From positions 1,082,826 to 1,146,825 of the forward strand of contig CAWAYG010000005.1 of the NCBI GenBank assembly GCA_963786205.1: a stretch of 64,000 nucleotides of DNA, given 5' to 3'. Positions 1 to 9,336 of this stretch are shown in pieces. The DNA is from an uncultured Acidobacteriota bacterium (GTDB lineage Bacteria > Acidobacteriota > Terriglobia > Acidiferrales > UBA7541). The notes beneath the pieces were generated by a model. It ran no database searches. It saw only the letters and a program-made list of their open reading frames with translations, and was not told the origin of the DNA. The stretch's first letter is position 1, and each line of letters begins with the position of its first letter. The translations under genes and the position numbers were made by a program.

Positions 1-159
1 CACGCTGTGCTGCAGGGCGTCTTGCGCTCCGCCTCCGCCAAACTCCGTCGCCAATCGCGCTCCATGCGCGCCCCAGGCCGCGGCCGCACACGACAGCGCA
101 CCTACGAAAAGCAGCCGCAATCCCAACTGTCCACTCCCCAAGAGTTCCTCGCTTCGCAT
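1..159 (-). CDS. hypothetical exported protein, N-terminal fragment (continues beyond left edge)
   Basis: ATG at 157-159 (complement) with an open frame to position 1. The N-terminus MRSEELLGSGQLGLRLLFVGALSCAAAAWG looks like a signal peptide. It lies 42 nt downstream of the DUF72 gene on the same strand. It is not in the ORF track because no stop lies inside the window. Confidence 0.3.
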   Translation of the reverse strand, partial: MRSEELLGSGQLGLRLLFVGALSCAAAAWGAHGARLATEFGGGGAQDALQHSV

Positions 160-201
160 CAAGATAGAAAAATCACCCACGCCAACTTGCAGCGCGCCGA
201 A

Positions 202-912
202 TCACTTCTTCCGGACCTGCCGAAGCAACGCCTCCGCGTGCAACGCTCCCTCCGAGGTCTCCTCATGCTTGAAATAAACAAACACCTCCCCGCTTCGCGC
301 GAGCTTGCGCACCCTCTGCGCCACAGCCTTCCGCGAATATCTTTGTTTCCGCAGCCGCAGATAATGAAAATCAGCAGTCACCACTTCCGGCGTCTTCAAC
401 TCCTCGCTCTCCGCCAGACAAAGCGCCGCCCCAGCCTTCCGCAGCGCTGCATAAACTTCCTCGCTAAACCAGGACTCGTGCCGGAACTCGAACGCCGCGC
501 GCACCCAGGGCGGCAAGCCTGCCAAGAACTCGCGTAACCGCACGACATCGCATTTGAAATTCGGCGGTAATTGGAACAGCACTGGTCCAAGCTTCTTTGC
601 CTTGCGCACCGGTTTGAGCGAGGCCAGAAATTCCGCCGTGACCTCCGCCGCGTCACGCAGCCGTTTGATGTGCGTAATTCGCTGATGCGCCTTCACTGCA
701 AACCGGAAATCGGCAGGAGTCGCTTCCGCCCAGCGCAGCAGCAACTCTTCGCTCGCGATCTGGCGGAACGTATAATTCACTTCCACCGAATTCACCCGGC
801 TCGCATAGTGATTCAAAAACCGCGCCGCGCTTAGCTTCGCCGGATAAAAATCCGGCTTCCAGCTTCGGTAAGCCCACCCCGATGTCCCAGTGTATATGCC
901 TCCCATATGCAC
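202..912 (-). CDS. DUF72 (UPF0759, YecE-like) family protein
   Basis: 236-aa ORF. GTSGWAYRSWKPDFYP near the N-terminus and FEFRHESWF later are typical DUF72 motifs. The start could also be the ATG at 906. Confidence 0.85.
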   Translation of the reverse strand: MHMGGIYTGTSGWAYRSWKPDFYPAKLSAARFLNHYASRVNSVEVNYTFRQIASEELLLRWAEATPADFRFAVKAHQRITHIKRLRDAAEVTAEFLASLKPVRKAKKLGPVLFQLPPNFKCDVVRLREFLAGLPPWVRAAFEFRHESWFSEEVYAALRKAGAALCLAESEELKTPEVVTADFHYLRLRKQRYSRKAVAQRVRKLARSGEVFVYFKHEETSEGALHAEALLRQVRKK

Positions 913-1041
913 GACATTCTAATCGTTCATCGAAAACTTGCGCGCACAATCTGCTCCGCATACAGAAATCACCGCATACTCGCGGCGGCTGGCAAAGTGC
1001 TAGAATCGCAATCCGCAGGCAGGCAAGCCGCAGCTGCGGTA

Positions 1042-1545
1042 ATGAATTCAGCTAGCCCCGAGGCCCTGATGGCTCCGCCACTCGAACTAGTGGTCAATGA
1101 CCAGAAATACCCGGTCCACTCCGATCCCGATACCCGCCTGCTCACCGTCCTGCGCGATGAGCTCGGCCTCACCGGCACAAAATACGGCTGCGGAGAAGGG
1201 CAGTGCGGCGCATGCACGGTCCTGATCGGCGGCTCGCCCCGGCGTTCGTGCCAAGTCCTCCTCGGCGAAGTAGTGCAACCGGTCACCACCATCGAGGGCC
1301 TCGAAAAAGATGGCCATCTCCATCCCGTCCAGCAAGCCTTCCTCGATCTCGATGCCTTTCAATGCGCTTACTGCACCTCCGGGATGATCATCAGCAGCGT
1401 CGCGCTCCTCACGCAGAAGCCGGATCCATCGCCCACTGAAATCGTGCAATTCATGCAAGGAAATATCTGCCGCTGTGGCACCTACCCGCGCATCGTGGAC
1501 GCGATTCAACAAGCCGCGAAATCCATGGAGAAGCAACCGCGATGA
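1042..1545 (+). CDS. (2Fe-2S)-binding small subunit of a molybdenum hydroxylase (xanthine dehydrogenase/aldehyde oxidoreductase family)
   Basis: Cysteine clusters CGEGQCGACTV, CAYCTSG and CRCGTY for two [2Fe-2S] centres. I prefer the ATG at 1042 over the ORF-track start at 907. The stop overlaps the next gene (ATGA at 1542-1545). Confidence 0.9.
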   Translation: MNSASPEALMAPPLELVVNDQKYPVHSDPDTRLLTVLRDELGLTGTKYGCGEGQCGACTVLIGGSPRRSCQVLLGEVVQPVTTIEGLEKDGHLHPVQQAFLDLDAFQCAYCTSGMIISSVALLTQKPDPSPTEIVQFMQGNICRCGTYPRIVDAIQQAAKSMEKQPR

Positions 1546-3698
1546 GCACCCTTGTGAACAAATTTACGCGCGAGCCTGAGCTCGAACCCGAGCGCTACGA
1601 ATTCCGCGAAGCCCCAATCCACCACTTCGCACTCGACCGCCGCGATTTCTTCAAGTTTTTCGGCGCAGGCATCATGGTATTTGCTGCCGCGAAAGAAGTG
1701 CTGGCCCAGCAGGAATCAGGAGGCAACCGTCGAAATCATTCCGACGCGCTGCCCAAGGAAATTACAGCGTGGCTGCACATCGGCGAAGACGGTAGCGTCA
1801 CTGCCTTCACCGGAAAAGTCGAGATCGGCCAGAACATCCGCACCTCGCTCGCACAAAGCGTCGCCGATGAATTGCGCGTCCCCTTCGAAACCGTGCGCAT
1901 GGTGATGGGCGACACGCAACTAACACCTTTCGACATGGGCACATTTGGCAGCCGCACCACGCCCACCATGGCCCCGCAACTCCGCCGCGTAGCCTCCGCC
2001 GCGCGCGATCTTCTTCTGCAAACTGCAGCAAAGGAATGGAACACCGCACCTGAAAAGCTGCTAGCAGCGAACGCGAAAATCACAGACCCAGCTTCGGGGC
2101 GTAACACAACCTACGCGGACCTCGCGCACGGCAAAACGCTGGCACAAAGAATCCCCGACGAAGATCCAATGACGCCAGCATCCGAATGGACGATCGCCGG
2201 CAAATCCCTGCCGAAAGTAGACGGCCGCGCGTTCGTCACCGGCCGCCACCAATACACTTCGGATCTGCGCCCAGCAGGCCTCATGTACGGTAAAGTCCTG
2301 CGCGCACCGTCTTTCGGCGCGACGATGACCTCCTGCGATATAAGCGCCGCGCAAAAATTGCCAGCAGCAGTAATCGTCCACGACGGCGACTTCGTCGGCG
2401 CAGCCGCACCTAGCGAAAACGAAGCCGACGAAGCCATCGCGGCAATTCGCGCGGAATGGAAAGAAACTCCGCAGCCTTCCAGCAGCGAACTCTTTTCGTA
2501 TCTCAAGCAAAACGTAGACACCAGCGAGCGTAGCGACCTCACGCAATCCGGCTCCATCCCAGACGGTCTCGCGGCCGCCACGCATCGCCTCGACGCGACC
2601 TACTCCGTCGCCTACATCGCGCACGCGCCGCTGGAACCACGCGCCGCCGTGGCCGAATGGAAAGACGGCAAGGTAACCGTCCGGACCGGATCGCAACGCC
2701 CGTTCGCCACGCGTGACGCTCTCGCGGAAGCCTTCCACCTCGCCAAGGAAAACGTGCGCGTCATCGTGCCCGACACCGGCTCAGCCTACGGTGGAAAACA
2801 CACGCCCGACGCCGCGCTCGAAGCTGCAAGGCTTGCGCGTGCCGCAGGCAAGCCTGTCAAAATCGTCTGGACGCGCGAGGAAGAATTCACCTGGTCCTAT
2901 TTCCGTCCAGCCGGCGTGATTGAAATCAAGAGCGGTGTAGCCGCCGACGGCAAACTCACCGCGTGGGAATTCCATAATTACAATTCCGGCGCCGCGGGCA
3001 TCGGCACTCCATACACGGTCCCGAACCAGCACATCGAATTTCACCCAGTAAACTCGCCCCTGCGCCAAGGTTCGTATCGCGGCCTAGCCGCCACAGCCAA
3101 CCATTTCGCGCGCGAATCGCACATGGACGATCTCGCCCACGCCGCCGCGATGGACCCGCTCGATTTTCGCCTCAAGAACATTGCCGATCCGCGGCTGCGC
3201 GACGTCTTTCGAGCTGCTGCGAAATCCTTCGGTTGGCCGGCCAAGAAAACCAAGCCCAGTCAGGGTTTCGGCATCGGAGGCGGGATCGAAAAGGGCGGCT
3301 ACGTAGCGACCTGCGCTGAAATTTCCACCGACGACGCGCGCGGCGCCATTCGCGTCGTCCGCGTGGTCACTGCATTCGATTGCGGCGCAATCGTCAACCC
3401 CGACGGCCTGCGCAATCAGATCATGGGCGCAAATATCATGGGCCTGGGCGGCGCACTCTTCGAAGCGATGGCCTTCAACGGCGGCCGCATCACCAACGCG
3501 CGCTTTTCGCGCTATCGCGTCCCACGCTTTCGCGACGTCCCCGACATGGAAATCGTCCTGATGAATCGAAAAGACATTCCGTCAGCCGGCGCGGGTGAAA
3601 CCCCACTCGTGGGCTTGGCCCCAGCCATCGGCAACGCCATCTTTGATGCTACCGGCGTCCGTCGCACCACTCTCCCGCTAGCTCCGCGCGCCGAGTAA
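1542..3698 (+). CDS. molybdopterin-binding large subunit of a molybdenum hydroxylase (IorB/aldehyde oxidase-like)
   Basis: 718 aa with an N-terminal Tat-like segment (DRRDFFKFFGAGIMVFAAA). Family-typical stretches are EIGQNIRTSLAQSVADELRVPFETVRMVMGDTQLTPFDMGTFGSRTT and GAGETPLVGLAPAIGNAIFDATGVR. Translationally coupled to the Fe-S subunit. Confidence 0.85.
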   Translation: MSTLVNKFTREPELEPERYEFREAPIHHFALDRRDFFKFFGAGIMVFAAAKEVLAQQESGGNRRNHSDALPKEITAWLHIGEDGSVTAFTGKVEIGQNIRTSLAQSVADELRVPFETVRMVMGDTQLTPFDMGTFGSRTTPTMAPQLRRVASAARDLLLQTAAKEWNTAPEKLLAANAKITDPASGRNTTYADLAHGKTLAQRIPDEDPMTPASEWTIAGKSLPKVDGRAFVTGRHQYTSDLRPAGLMYGKVLRAPSFGATMTSCDISAAQKLPAAVIVHDGDFVGAAAPSENEADEAIAAIRAEWKETPQPSSSELFSYLKQNVDTSERSDLTQSGSIPDGLAAATHRLDATYSVAYIAHAPLEPRAAVAEWKDGKVTVRTGSQRPFATRDALAEAFHLAKENVRVIVPDTGSAYGGKHTPDAALEAARLARAAGKPVKIVWTREEEFTWSYFRPAGVIEIKSGVAADGKLTAWEFHNYNSGAAGIGTPYTVPNQHIEFHPVNSPLRQGSYRGLAATANHFARESHMDDLAHAAAMDPLDFRLKNIADPRLRDVFRAAAKSFGWPAKKTKPSQGFGIGGGIEKGGYVATCAEISTDDARGAIRVVRVVTAFDCGAIVNPDGLRNQIMGANIMGLGGALFEAMAFNGGRITNARFSRYRVPRFRDVPDMEIVLMNRKDIPSAGAGETPLVGLAPAIGNAIFDATGVRRTTLPLAPRAE

Positions 3699-3703
3699 GC
3701 CGC

Positions 3704-5995
3704 TCAGTCCGGATTTGCAGTCATGGACGCGCGGCGTCCCGTGGTAATTGAAAAATATTCCATCCACTGCTTCCGAATCCCGTTGGTTCGTTCCATCAGC
3801 TCGCTGCTGGGCTTGGCGCTGTGCTGAACGACCATAACCATCCCGGTGTTGAATCGCCGTTGCGATTTATCAACGTCCGGCACGCGCGGGCCTTCCGCCG
3901 CAATCACGTCTTGAATCGTCACTTTCGTTCTGTCCGCCTTGAAAATAGGACGCCCGCTCGCATCTTTTCCCGCGGGAACCAGATTGCGCAAAATAAAAAA
4001 GTCCGGAACTTCGGTAGGTGAAATCAACCCCATCAAATAGAGGTCGAGGTACGAATAACCCGTCGCGGGCACGTAGTAATCGTCGTCGCGCTGCGTGTAC
4101 GTGCCGTCGAAATTGTCCAGCCACACGCCGCCACCCATGATGGATGCTTCCGTCGGCCGCACGTACGGAAAGGGCACGACGGCCTGCAAGCCCCTTGCCC
4201 AGTGCGTCGGGCCGAGCGGAATTGTTTCATCGCCCACTTTTGCTGAAACGAACGCCGCCCAGCGATGCCCCATTTCGTGTGCGATCTGCGACATCGCATA
4301 CAAGTAAGGAGGCATTTTGCTGTCCTGAGAAATCTCCGCGAGCTGCTGCTGGTAGAAAGTGATGTCGCGATCGTTGCCCACTGGTGCATCCTGTGGCGGC
4401 CGCTCCTGCATTTGGTTCGAGCCCACGTAAACCGGCTGAATGTATTGCCACTGGAATCGGCCGGGTGTGCAGTAGCGGTCGAGTCCGCTCTGCTTCGCGC
4501 CGATTCCGGTGACGGCGCCCCCCACGGCTCCCAACGGACCGTCGCTCGGCGTGCCCGCTTCCTGGTTGTCCACGCGGAAGTCCGAGTAGTAAGCGAGGAA
4601 GTCGTACTGGTCGCCCAAAGTTTTGATCACGCTGCACGTCAAGTCGCGTGGATTCGGCAGCGCGTAGTAGTGGAAGGATTCATAGAGCAGCGGGAACGGG
4701 CCGTCATGCTGCGTGAGCGAAGAAAGATGCACTTCCGGATTGTGAATCGTGCCCAGCTCGACCGGCCGCGCGGGAATCCGCGCCACGGGCGTTTCCGAGC
4801 CGGCGGCGGAGCTTTCGGCAAACACCGCAAGCTGCGCGGTGCCGCGCAGTGCCGGCGGCAGGATTCCCTGAATCGAAATGGTATTTCCGTTGATCTTCAC
4901 CCCGTGCGAGACCCCCGGGCCGAATGCAACGTATCGCGATTTGCCCGCGCTCGCGCGGCGCGGCGCGAAGCCGCGAATCGTCCAGACCGCGTCGGCATCG
5001 GCGGCGCTGGCAGTCTCGCCGGAAACTTTGTGCGCGGCGAAGTAAAGGTGATAACCGATTCCGGAAACTCCCGGATCTCCCGCGGGCAGTATTGGGCCCG
5101 CCGTTTCGAACGTGACCTTCAGGAAAAATTCGTCCACCACCGAAAGTTTCACGTTCTTAACGTCCAGATTCGCCGGCATCGGCACGATGCTGGACGAAGA
5201 AGAGGGCGGGTTTTTCAAGCCGTTCAGCGTGGCCAGCGCCCTTTCCACTCCGCCGGAAATCAGCGGATATAAGCCGACGATCGCGTCCTTGGCCGCAAGC
5301 TCTTGGTACGACATTTCAATTGCACCATCTTTGTGCAGCACGGCCTGGAACCGGTTGACCGTCTTGGTCCAAGTAAAATCCTGAATGTTGCCCCACGGTT
5401 CCGTTACGTCCCACGTCACCACCACGCGATCCGCAAGCTCCTTCACGAATTCATTGCCGGACATCCGCGGCTTGAAAAATACGCAAATCGCCGGAACCGT
5501 ATTCAGCAGGTTCGCGGCCCCTTCGCTGAGCGCGTCGAACCGCCCGATCGAGACTCCTCCTTCATCGCTGCGCGGTGGCGCGCCCCATTCACCAGTCTCG
5601 TAGGATTTGTCGCCGAACCGGATGGATCCCGTAACGCCCATCGAAAACGAATTCCAGCTCTTCCCCGAAAAAGGAAATGTGAAATTTTTCAGCGTCACAT
5701 CGTGCTCGCTCAGCGGCTGGCCAAAATCGGCATCCCAGTTCAACGGAAGATTCTCCACGCTGTACCCCGTGCCCGCGGGCGTAAAACGCAGGGTGCGCTG
5801 GCCCAAGTCGAAGAGTTTCTGCTGTCCGAGCGCGCCCTCGTCCAGCTCCAGCAAAATCAAATTCCCGGCAACGGAGACTTTTCCAATGGGCTTCCCGGGC
5901 GCCTCCCAGTCTTGAGCGAGTGCAGCGGTTCCCGGCAGAACAACGGCGCAAAACAGCAGCAACAGTCGGAAGACAAGGCAATTAGGTTGAGTCAC
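3704..5995 (-). CDS. secreted protein with HExxH zinc-metallopeptidase motif, family unassigned
   Basis: 763 aa with signal peptide MTQPNCLVFRLLLLFCAVVLPGTAALAQ. A single HExxH (SQIAHEMGHRWAAF) sits in the C-terminal third. I recognise no family by eye. Confidence 0.6.
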   Translation of the reverse strand: MTQPNCLVFRLLLLFCAVVLPGTAALAQDWEAPGKPIGKVSVAGNLILLELDEGALGQQKLFDLGQRTLRFTPAGTGYSVENLPLNWDADFGQPLSEHDVTLKNFTFPFSGKSWNSFSMGVTGSIRFGDKSYETGEWGAPPRSDEGGVSIGRFDALSEGAANLLNTVPAICVFFKPRMSGNEFVKELADRVVVTWDVTEPWGNIQDFTWTKTVNRFQAVLHKDGAIEMSYQELAAKDAIVGLYPLISGGVERALATLNGLKNPPSSSSSIVPMPANLDVKNVKLSVVDEFFLKVTFETAGPILPAGDPGVSGIGYHLYFAAHKVSGETASAADADAVWTIRGFAPRRASAGKSRYVAFGPGVSHGVKINGNTISIQGILPPALRGTAQLAVFAESSAAGSETPVARIPARPVELGTIHNPEVHLSSLTQHDGPFPLLYESFHYYALPNPRDLTCSVIKTLGDQYDFLAYYSDFRVDNQEAGTPSDGPLGAVGGAVTGIGAKQSGLDRYCTPGRFQWQYIQPVYVGSNQMQERPPQDAPVGNDRDITFYQQQLAEISQDSKMPPYLYAMSQIAHEMGHRWAAFVSAKVGDETIPLGPTHWARGLQAVVPFPYVRPTEASIMGGGVWLDNFDGTYTQRDDDYYVPATGYSYLDLYLMGLISPTEVPDFFILRNLVPAGKDASGRPIFKADRTKVTIQDVIAAEGPRVPDVDKSQRRFNTGMVMVVQHSAKPSSELMERTNGIRKQWMEYFSITTGRRASMTANPD

Positions 5996-6100
5996 TGTGC
6001 CTCCTCAAGGTTAGGGCGCACCGTATGTATACAATATCCAGTGGCCGAAGCGAACGCATTTAATGTACTCGCCGCGCCCGGTCTCTCCGCAGCAAAGCTT

Positions 6101-8210
6101 CTATCGCACCAATTCCACTTCCTTGACCTCCGTCGTCTGAAACGGCAGCCGCACCGGAAACGTCGTCCCTTTACCCATTTCCGTCACGAAATTAAGCGTC
6201 CCCCCGTGATTATCAACCACCACCGCGCGCGCCAGCGCCAACCCCTGGCCCGTTCCTTTGCCGACTTCCTTCGTGGTGAAAAACGGGTCAAACATTTTGT
6301 CGCGCACTTCTTCCGGTATTCCAGTCCCGGAATCCGTAATGGCGATTTCCACCCAGTCTCCGTCGGCGCGCGTCACGATGCGTATCACGCCCCGCGCTTC
6401 CGTGCCCTTCACCACGTCCCCGATCGCATGCGCCGCGAGCAGTACTCGCCTGGAAAACTATCGCCATTTTTCCGCCAGAAAGTTTCTTCGATGAGGTGCG
6501 CATCGTTGCCGGTGCGCAGGCTGGCGAATACGGGGCAATCCTCCAGTCGGTAAGGCGTGCCGTCGGCGCGCGTGCGATGGATCAGGCCATGAATTTTCTT
6601 GCCGAGAATTTCTTCCGCATCGTCGTAACCCAGCAAGCGCAGCGCCGCGGGATTACAAAACGTGCAATTCGCCTCGAAATCGATTCCGTACATCGCGCCG
6701 GGCGTAGAATCCAGCAGCAGTTTCACCAATTCGCCGCGTTCTGCAAGTTCCGCCGTGCGTTGCGCCACCCGCTCTTCCGGGTCGGTTTGCGCCTCGCGCA
6801 GCGCCTCTTCGGTGCGCTTGAACTCGGTGGCGTCTTCGGTGAGACCCGCGATTTGCTTCAGCAGGCCGCTTTCGTCGCGCAACGGAAAGGTTCGTTCCCA
6901 CAGCCAGCGCACCTCGCCGTTTGGCCGCACAATGCGGAATTGTGTGCCGGTCGCGATGCCGCCGAACTGCTCGGAAATCGCGTGTGCCGCGAGCATCCGA
7001 TCCTCCGGATGCAGCAGTTCGAGCAAACTTCGCGGGTTCGCCGCTAGCGCGTCCCCAGATTTTCGCGAACGCGCTGCTGGCGTAATCGTACGCGCCCGAT
7101 TTCGCGTCGCGAATCCAGCATGCTTGGTCGATATTTTCCGCGATCAGCAGCACTTGCTTCTGGCTTTTTTGCAGCTTCCCCAACATGCCGTCGATGGAGT
7201 TTCCCAGGATGGTCAGCTCATCCCGCCCGCTCACATGGACGCGTTCATCTATCGCGTTGCGCTGCCCGATGCTGTGCACCTCGCGGCTCAGCCCGCCGAT
7301 GCGCGACAAAATAAACTTCTGCATGAAGAAAATAATCGCCAGCGAAAAAATTACCGACCCGCCCAATATCGTTGCAAACAAGTAGAGCCGGCTCAGCTTG
7401 CCGGGCTCATAGATCGGGCGCGGTGTCGCCACCCTCATCAGCAGTAGCGGCTTGCGGAAGCTGTCCGCCAGCATCACGTAGCCCGCGACCGTCTTTTCTG
7501 AGAGTGCCTGGATCGCAAAGTCCTCGTTCCCACCCAAGCTCTTGCGCGCCTGGAGAAAATCCCCGGGGCAGCGACGGCGAATCGATTTGCTCCAATGTGA
7601 TGGTGGTGCGTGTCAGCTCCGCCAGCCGGTCGATTTCTGCTTCGTCGAACTTGCGCGCCAGCATGAACACCCCGCGCGAATCCCCACCTCGTTGCGAAGT
7701 CAAGATCGGGCGCGTGGGTACGATGTACGGTCCATCCGCGAATTCCACGATTCCGTCTTGCGGCATCACGGCCACGGCCGCCGGTTCCAATTGTTGGCGC
7801 GAAAATATCCCCCGTAGAAATTCCGCTGGTACTTCCGCCCGTTGGTGTTTCTGGCGGTCGTAAGCGCGGGCAAATACGATCTTGCCGCGCACGTCCCGGA
7901 TGACTACCAGTTTGAATCCCAGCTGCTCCATCTCCTTGTCTTCAAATTCTGTCCGGATATCCGCTTTGGCCGGCGTTACGATGAATTCGCACATGCGATC
8001 CCAGTACGCATAATCGTCGGTGCTCTCCGCCAGGTTCCGAAAATCCAGATCCAGCACCGCCGTCGCGAATTCCACGTTCCGCTTTATCTGTTCGTCTTCC
8101 AGCTGCCGGAAACTTGCCAGCACCATCTCGCGCGATACCACCTACACGATCGCCGTGCCGATGGCCAGCGTCACCGCGAAAATCAGCAGCATTCTCTGTC
8201 GCAATCTCAC
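6101..8210 (-). pseudogene. sensor histidine kinase (TM - CHASE4-like - HAMP - PAS - PAS - HATPase_c), disrupted
   Basis: Four ORF-track pieces (7407-8141, 6653-7537, 6409-7026, 6101-6415) join into one kinase. An in-frame TAG sits at 8142-8144, after MLLIFAVTLAIGTAIV. The frame changes near 7530-7545 and at the C4 run 7053-7056. The second PAS domain ([13 protein letters not shown]) abuts the ATP-binding N-box remnant ([11 protein letters not shown]) at 6437-6441, with no HisKA domain between them. The G-boxes DSGTGIP and GKGTGQGLA are intact. Confidence 0.8.
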
Positions 8211-8403
8211 CGACGCTCCCGCGCGCAAATGCACACACCCACAAGAATCTAATCGTCGGAAAACGAACGAAGTTTAGCTTGGGGCAGGGAACTCACGAGG
8301 GTTCCGCTCTTCCTAAGAATGCCAAGGAGGGAGCAATTTCCTCAGCCACAACTTTCCGCCTGCGCGAAAGTGGGTTTTGCGAATGAAGGATTCTGCGAAT
8401 AAA

Positions 8404-8477
8404 TGGAGCGGGCGATGGGAATCGAACCCACGTCCGAAGCTTGGGAAGCTTCTATACTGCCATTGTACGACGCCCGC
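8404..8477 (-). tRNA. tRNA-Gly (anticodon CCC)
   Basis: The complement reads GCGGGCG-TC-GTAC-AATGGCA-GTAT-A-GAAGC-TTCCCAA-GCTTC-GGAC-GTGGG-TTCGATT-CCCAT-CGCCCGC-T-CCA. It has a 7-bp acceptor stem, a D arm with GG, a 5-bp anticodon stem with loop TT-CCC-AA, a TTCGATT T-loop, discriminator U and an encoded CCA. Confidence 0.95.
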
Positions 8478-8496
8478 TCATCTCTTTCGCCGGTCG

Positions 8497-8526
8497 ATTA
8501 TACATAACCAAGCGAGGTCAGGTCTA
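8497..8526 (-). promoter_or_regulatory. candidate sigma70-type promoter for tRNA-Gly
   Basis: On the complement there is a perfect TATAAT (8497-8502) about 20 nt upstream of the tRNA 5' end. TAGACC (8521-8526) lies 18 nt further upstream. Confidence 0.35.
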
Positions 8527-8722
8527 GACTCGCCATTTTCCGACAGTTTGCCACTTTCCGAAACCTGCGTTTTCGTCGCGGCAGAATCGTTTGGCCAGCG
8601 CCACCGAAACGCGAGGGACGCGATGGGGTAGCTGAGTGCGAAACCGGTGCTAATCTCGTACTTGGCGCGCGGGGCTGCTTACGTTAGGCTAAGTCGAATT
8701 TGTCGCCAAGGAGACGTGCCCA

Positions 8723-9334
8723 ATGACTCAACAGGCTCCAACGCAGCAAGTTTTGGCGTGTGCGCAATGCGGAAAGACGTTCGGACAATCGGATCTGGTG
8801 CCGATCGCCGGGAATTGGGTTTGCGGCGCTTGCAAGCCGGCTTTTTTGAGCAGGGTCGTAGCGGGCGGACCTGCTGTGGCCTCGTCGCTCCGTTACGCGG
8901 GTGTCGGCATTCGATTCGGCGCCCGCTTCATTGACGGTTTGGTGTTTATGGTTCCCTTTGCGATCGTCGCATTCCTGCTTCTGCCAGGCATGCTGCGAAC
9001 GGCGGGCAACAAGGCGCCTACTATATTCAACGGAACCTTTGTGTTGGTTGCCCTCGTTTTCGGTGTGTTTTATGAAGTCCTGATGCTGCGCTACTGGGGA
9101 GCAACGCTCGGGAAAATGGCCTGTGGGCTTAAAGTCGTACGCTCGGACGGAAGCAGCCTGGACTGGGGCGTTTCGTTTGGCCGCTACTTTATGTACAACG
9201 TGGTAATCTCCGCTGTCCCGTTTGTGAACTGGATCTTGCTCATCACCACAGCCATTATGGCCGGCACGGACGAGCAAAGGCGTGGACTGCATGACCGGGT
9301 ATGTGACACGCGTGTGATCTACACACGGAGCTAG
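8723..9334 (+). CDS. RDD family membrane protein with N-terminal C4 zinc ribbon
   Basis: 203 aa. The zinc ribbon is CAQC-x17-CGAC. The RDD-type core follows (YAGVGIRFGARFIDGLV ... GATLGKMACGLKVVRSDG ... GLHDRVCDTRV) with three hydrophobic segments. AAGGAG lies 9 nt upstream of the ATG. Confidence 0.8.
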   Translation: MTQQAPTQQVLACAQCGKTFGQSDLVPIAGNWVCGACKPAFLSRVVAGGPAVASSLRYAGVGIRFGARFIDGLVFMVPFAIVAFLLLPGMLRTAGNKAPTIFNGTFVLVALVFGVFYEVLMLRYWGATLGKMACGLKVVRSDGSSLDWGVSFGRYFMYNVVISAVPFVNWILLITTAIMAGTDEQRRGLHDRVCDTRVIYTRS

Positions 9335-9336
9335 GA

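Noticed and set aside
7-537. 176-aa + strand ORF at the left edge
   Set aside because: It overlaps the DUF72 gene and the partial minus-strand gene in antisense, and the translation is Arg-rich and featureless.
4265-6553. 335-aa and 416-aa + strand ORFs (4265-5272, 5303-6553)
   Set aside because: They are antisense to the secreted HExxH protein and to the kinase remnant. The translations are Arg-rich and featureless, whereas the minus-strand reading has a signal peptide and a catalytic motif.
6101-8477. Genomic island integrated at tRNA-Gly
   Set aside because: The decayed kinase lies on the 3' side of the tRNA. I saw no integrase and no second copy of the tRNA 3' end that would mark an attachment site. 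A formal repeat search is needed, so I make no claim.
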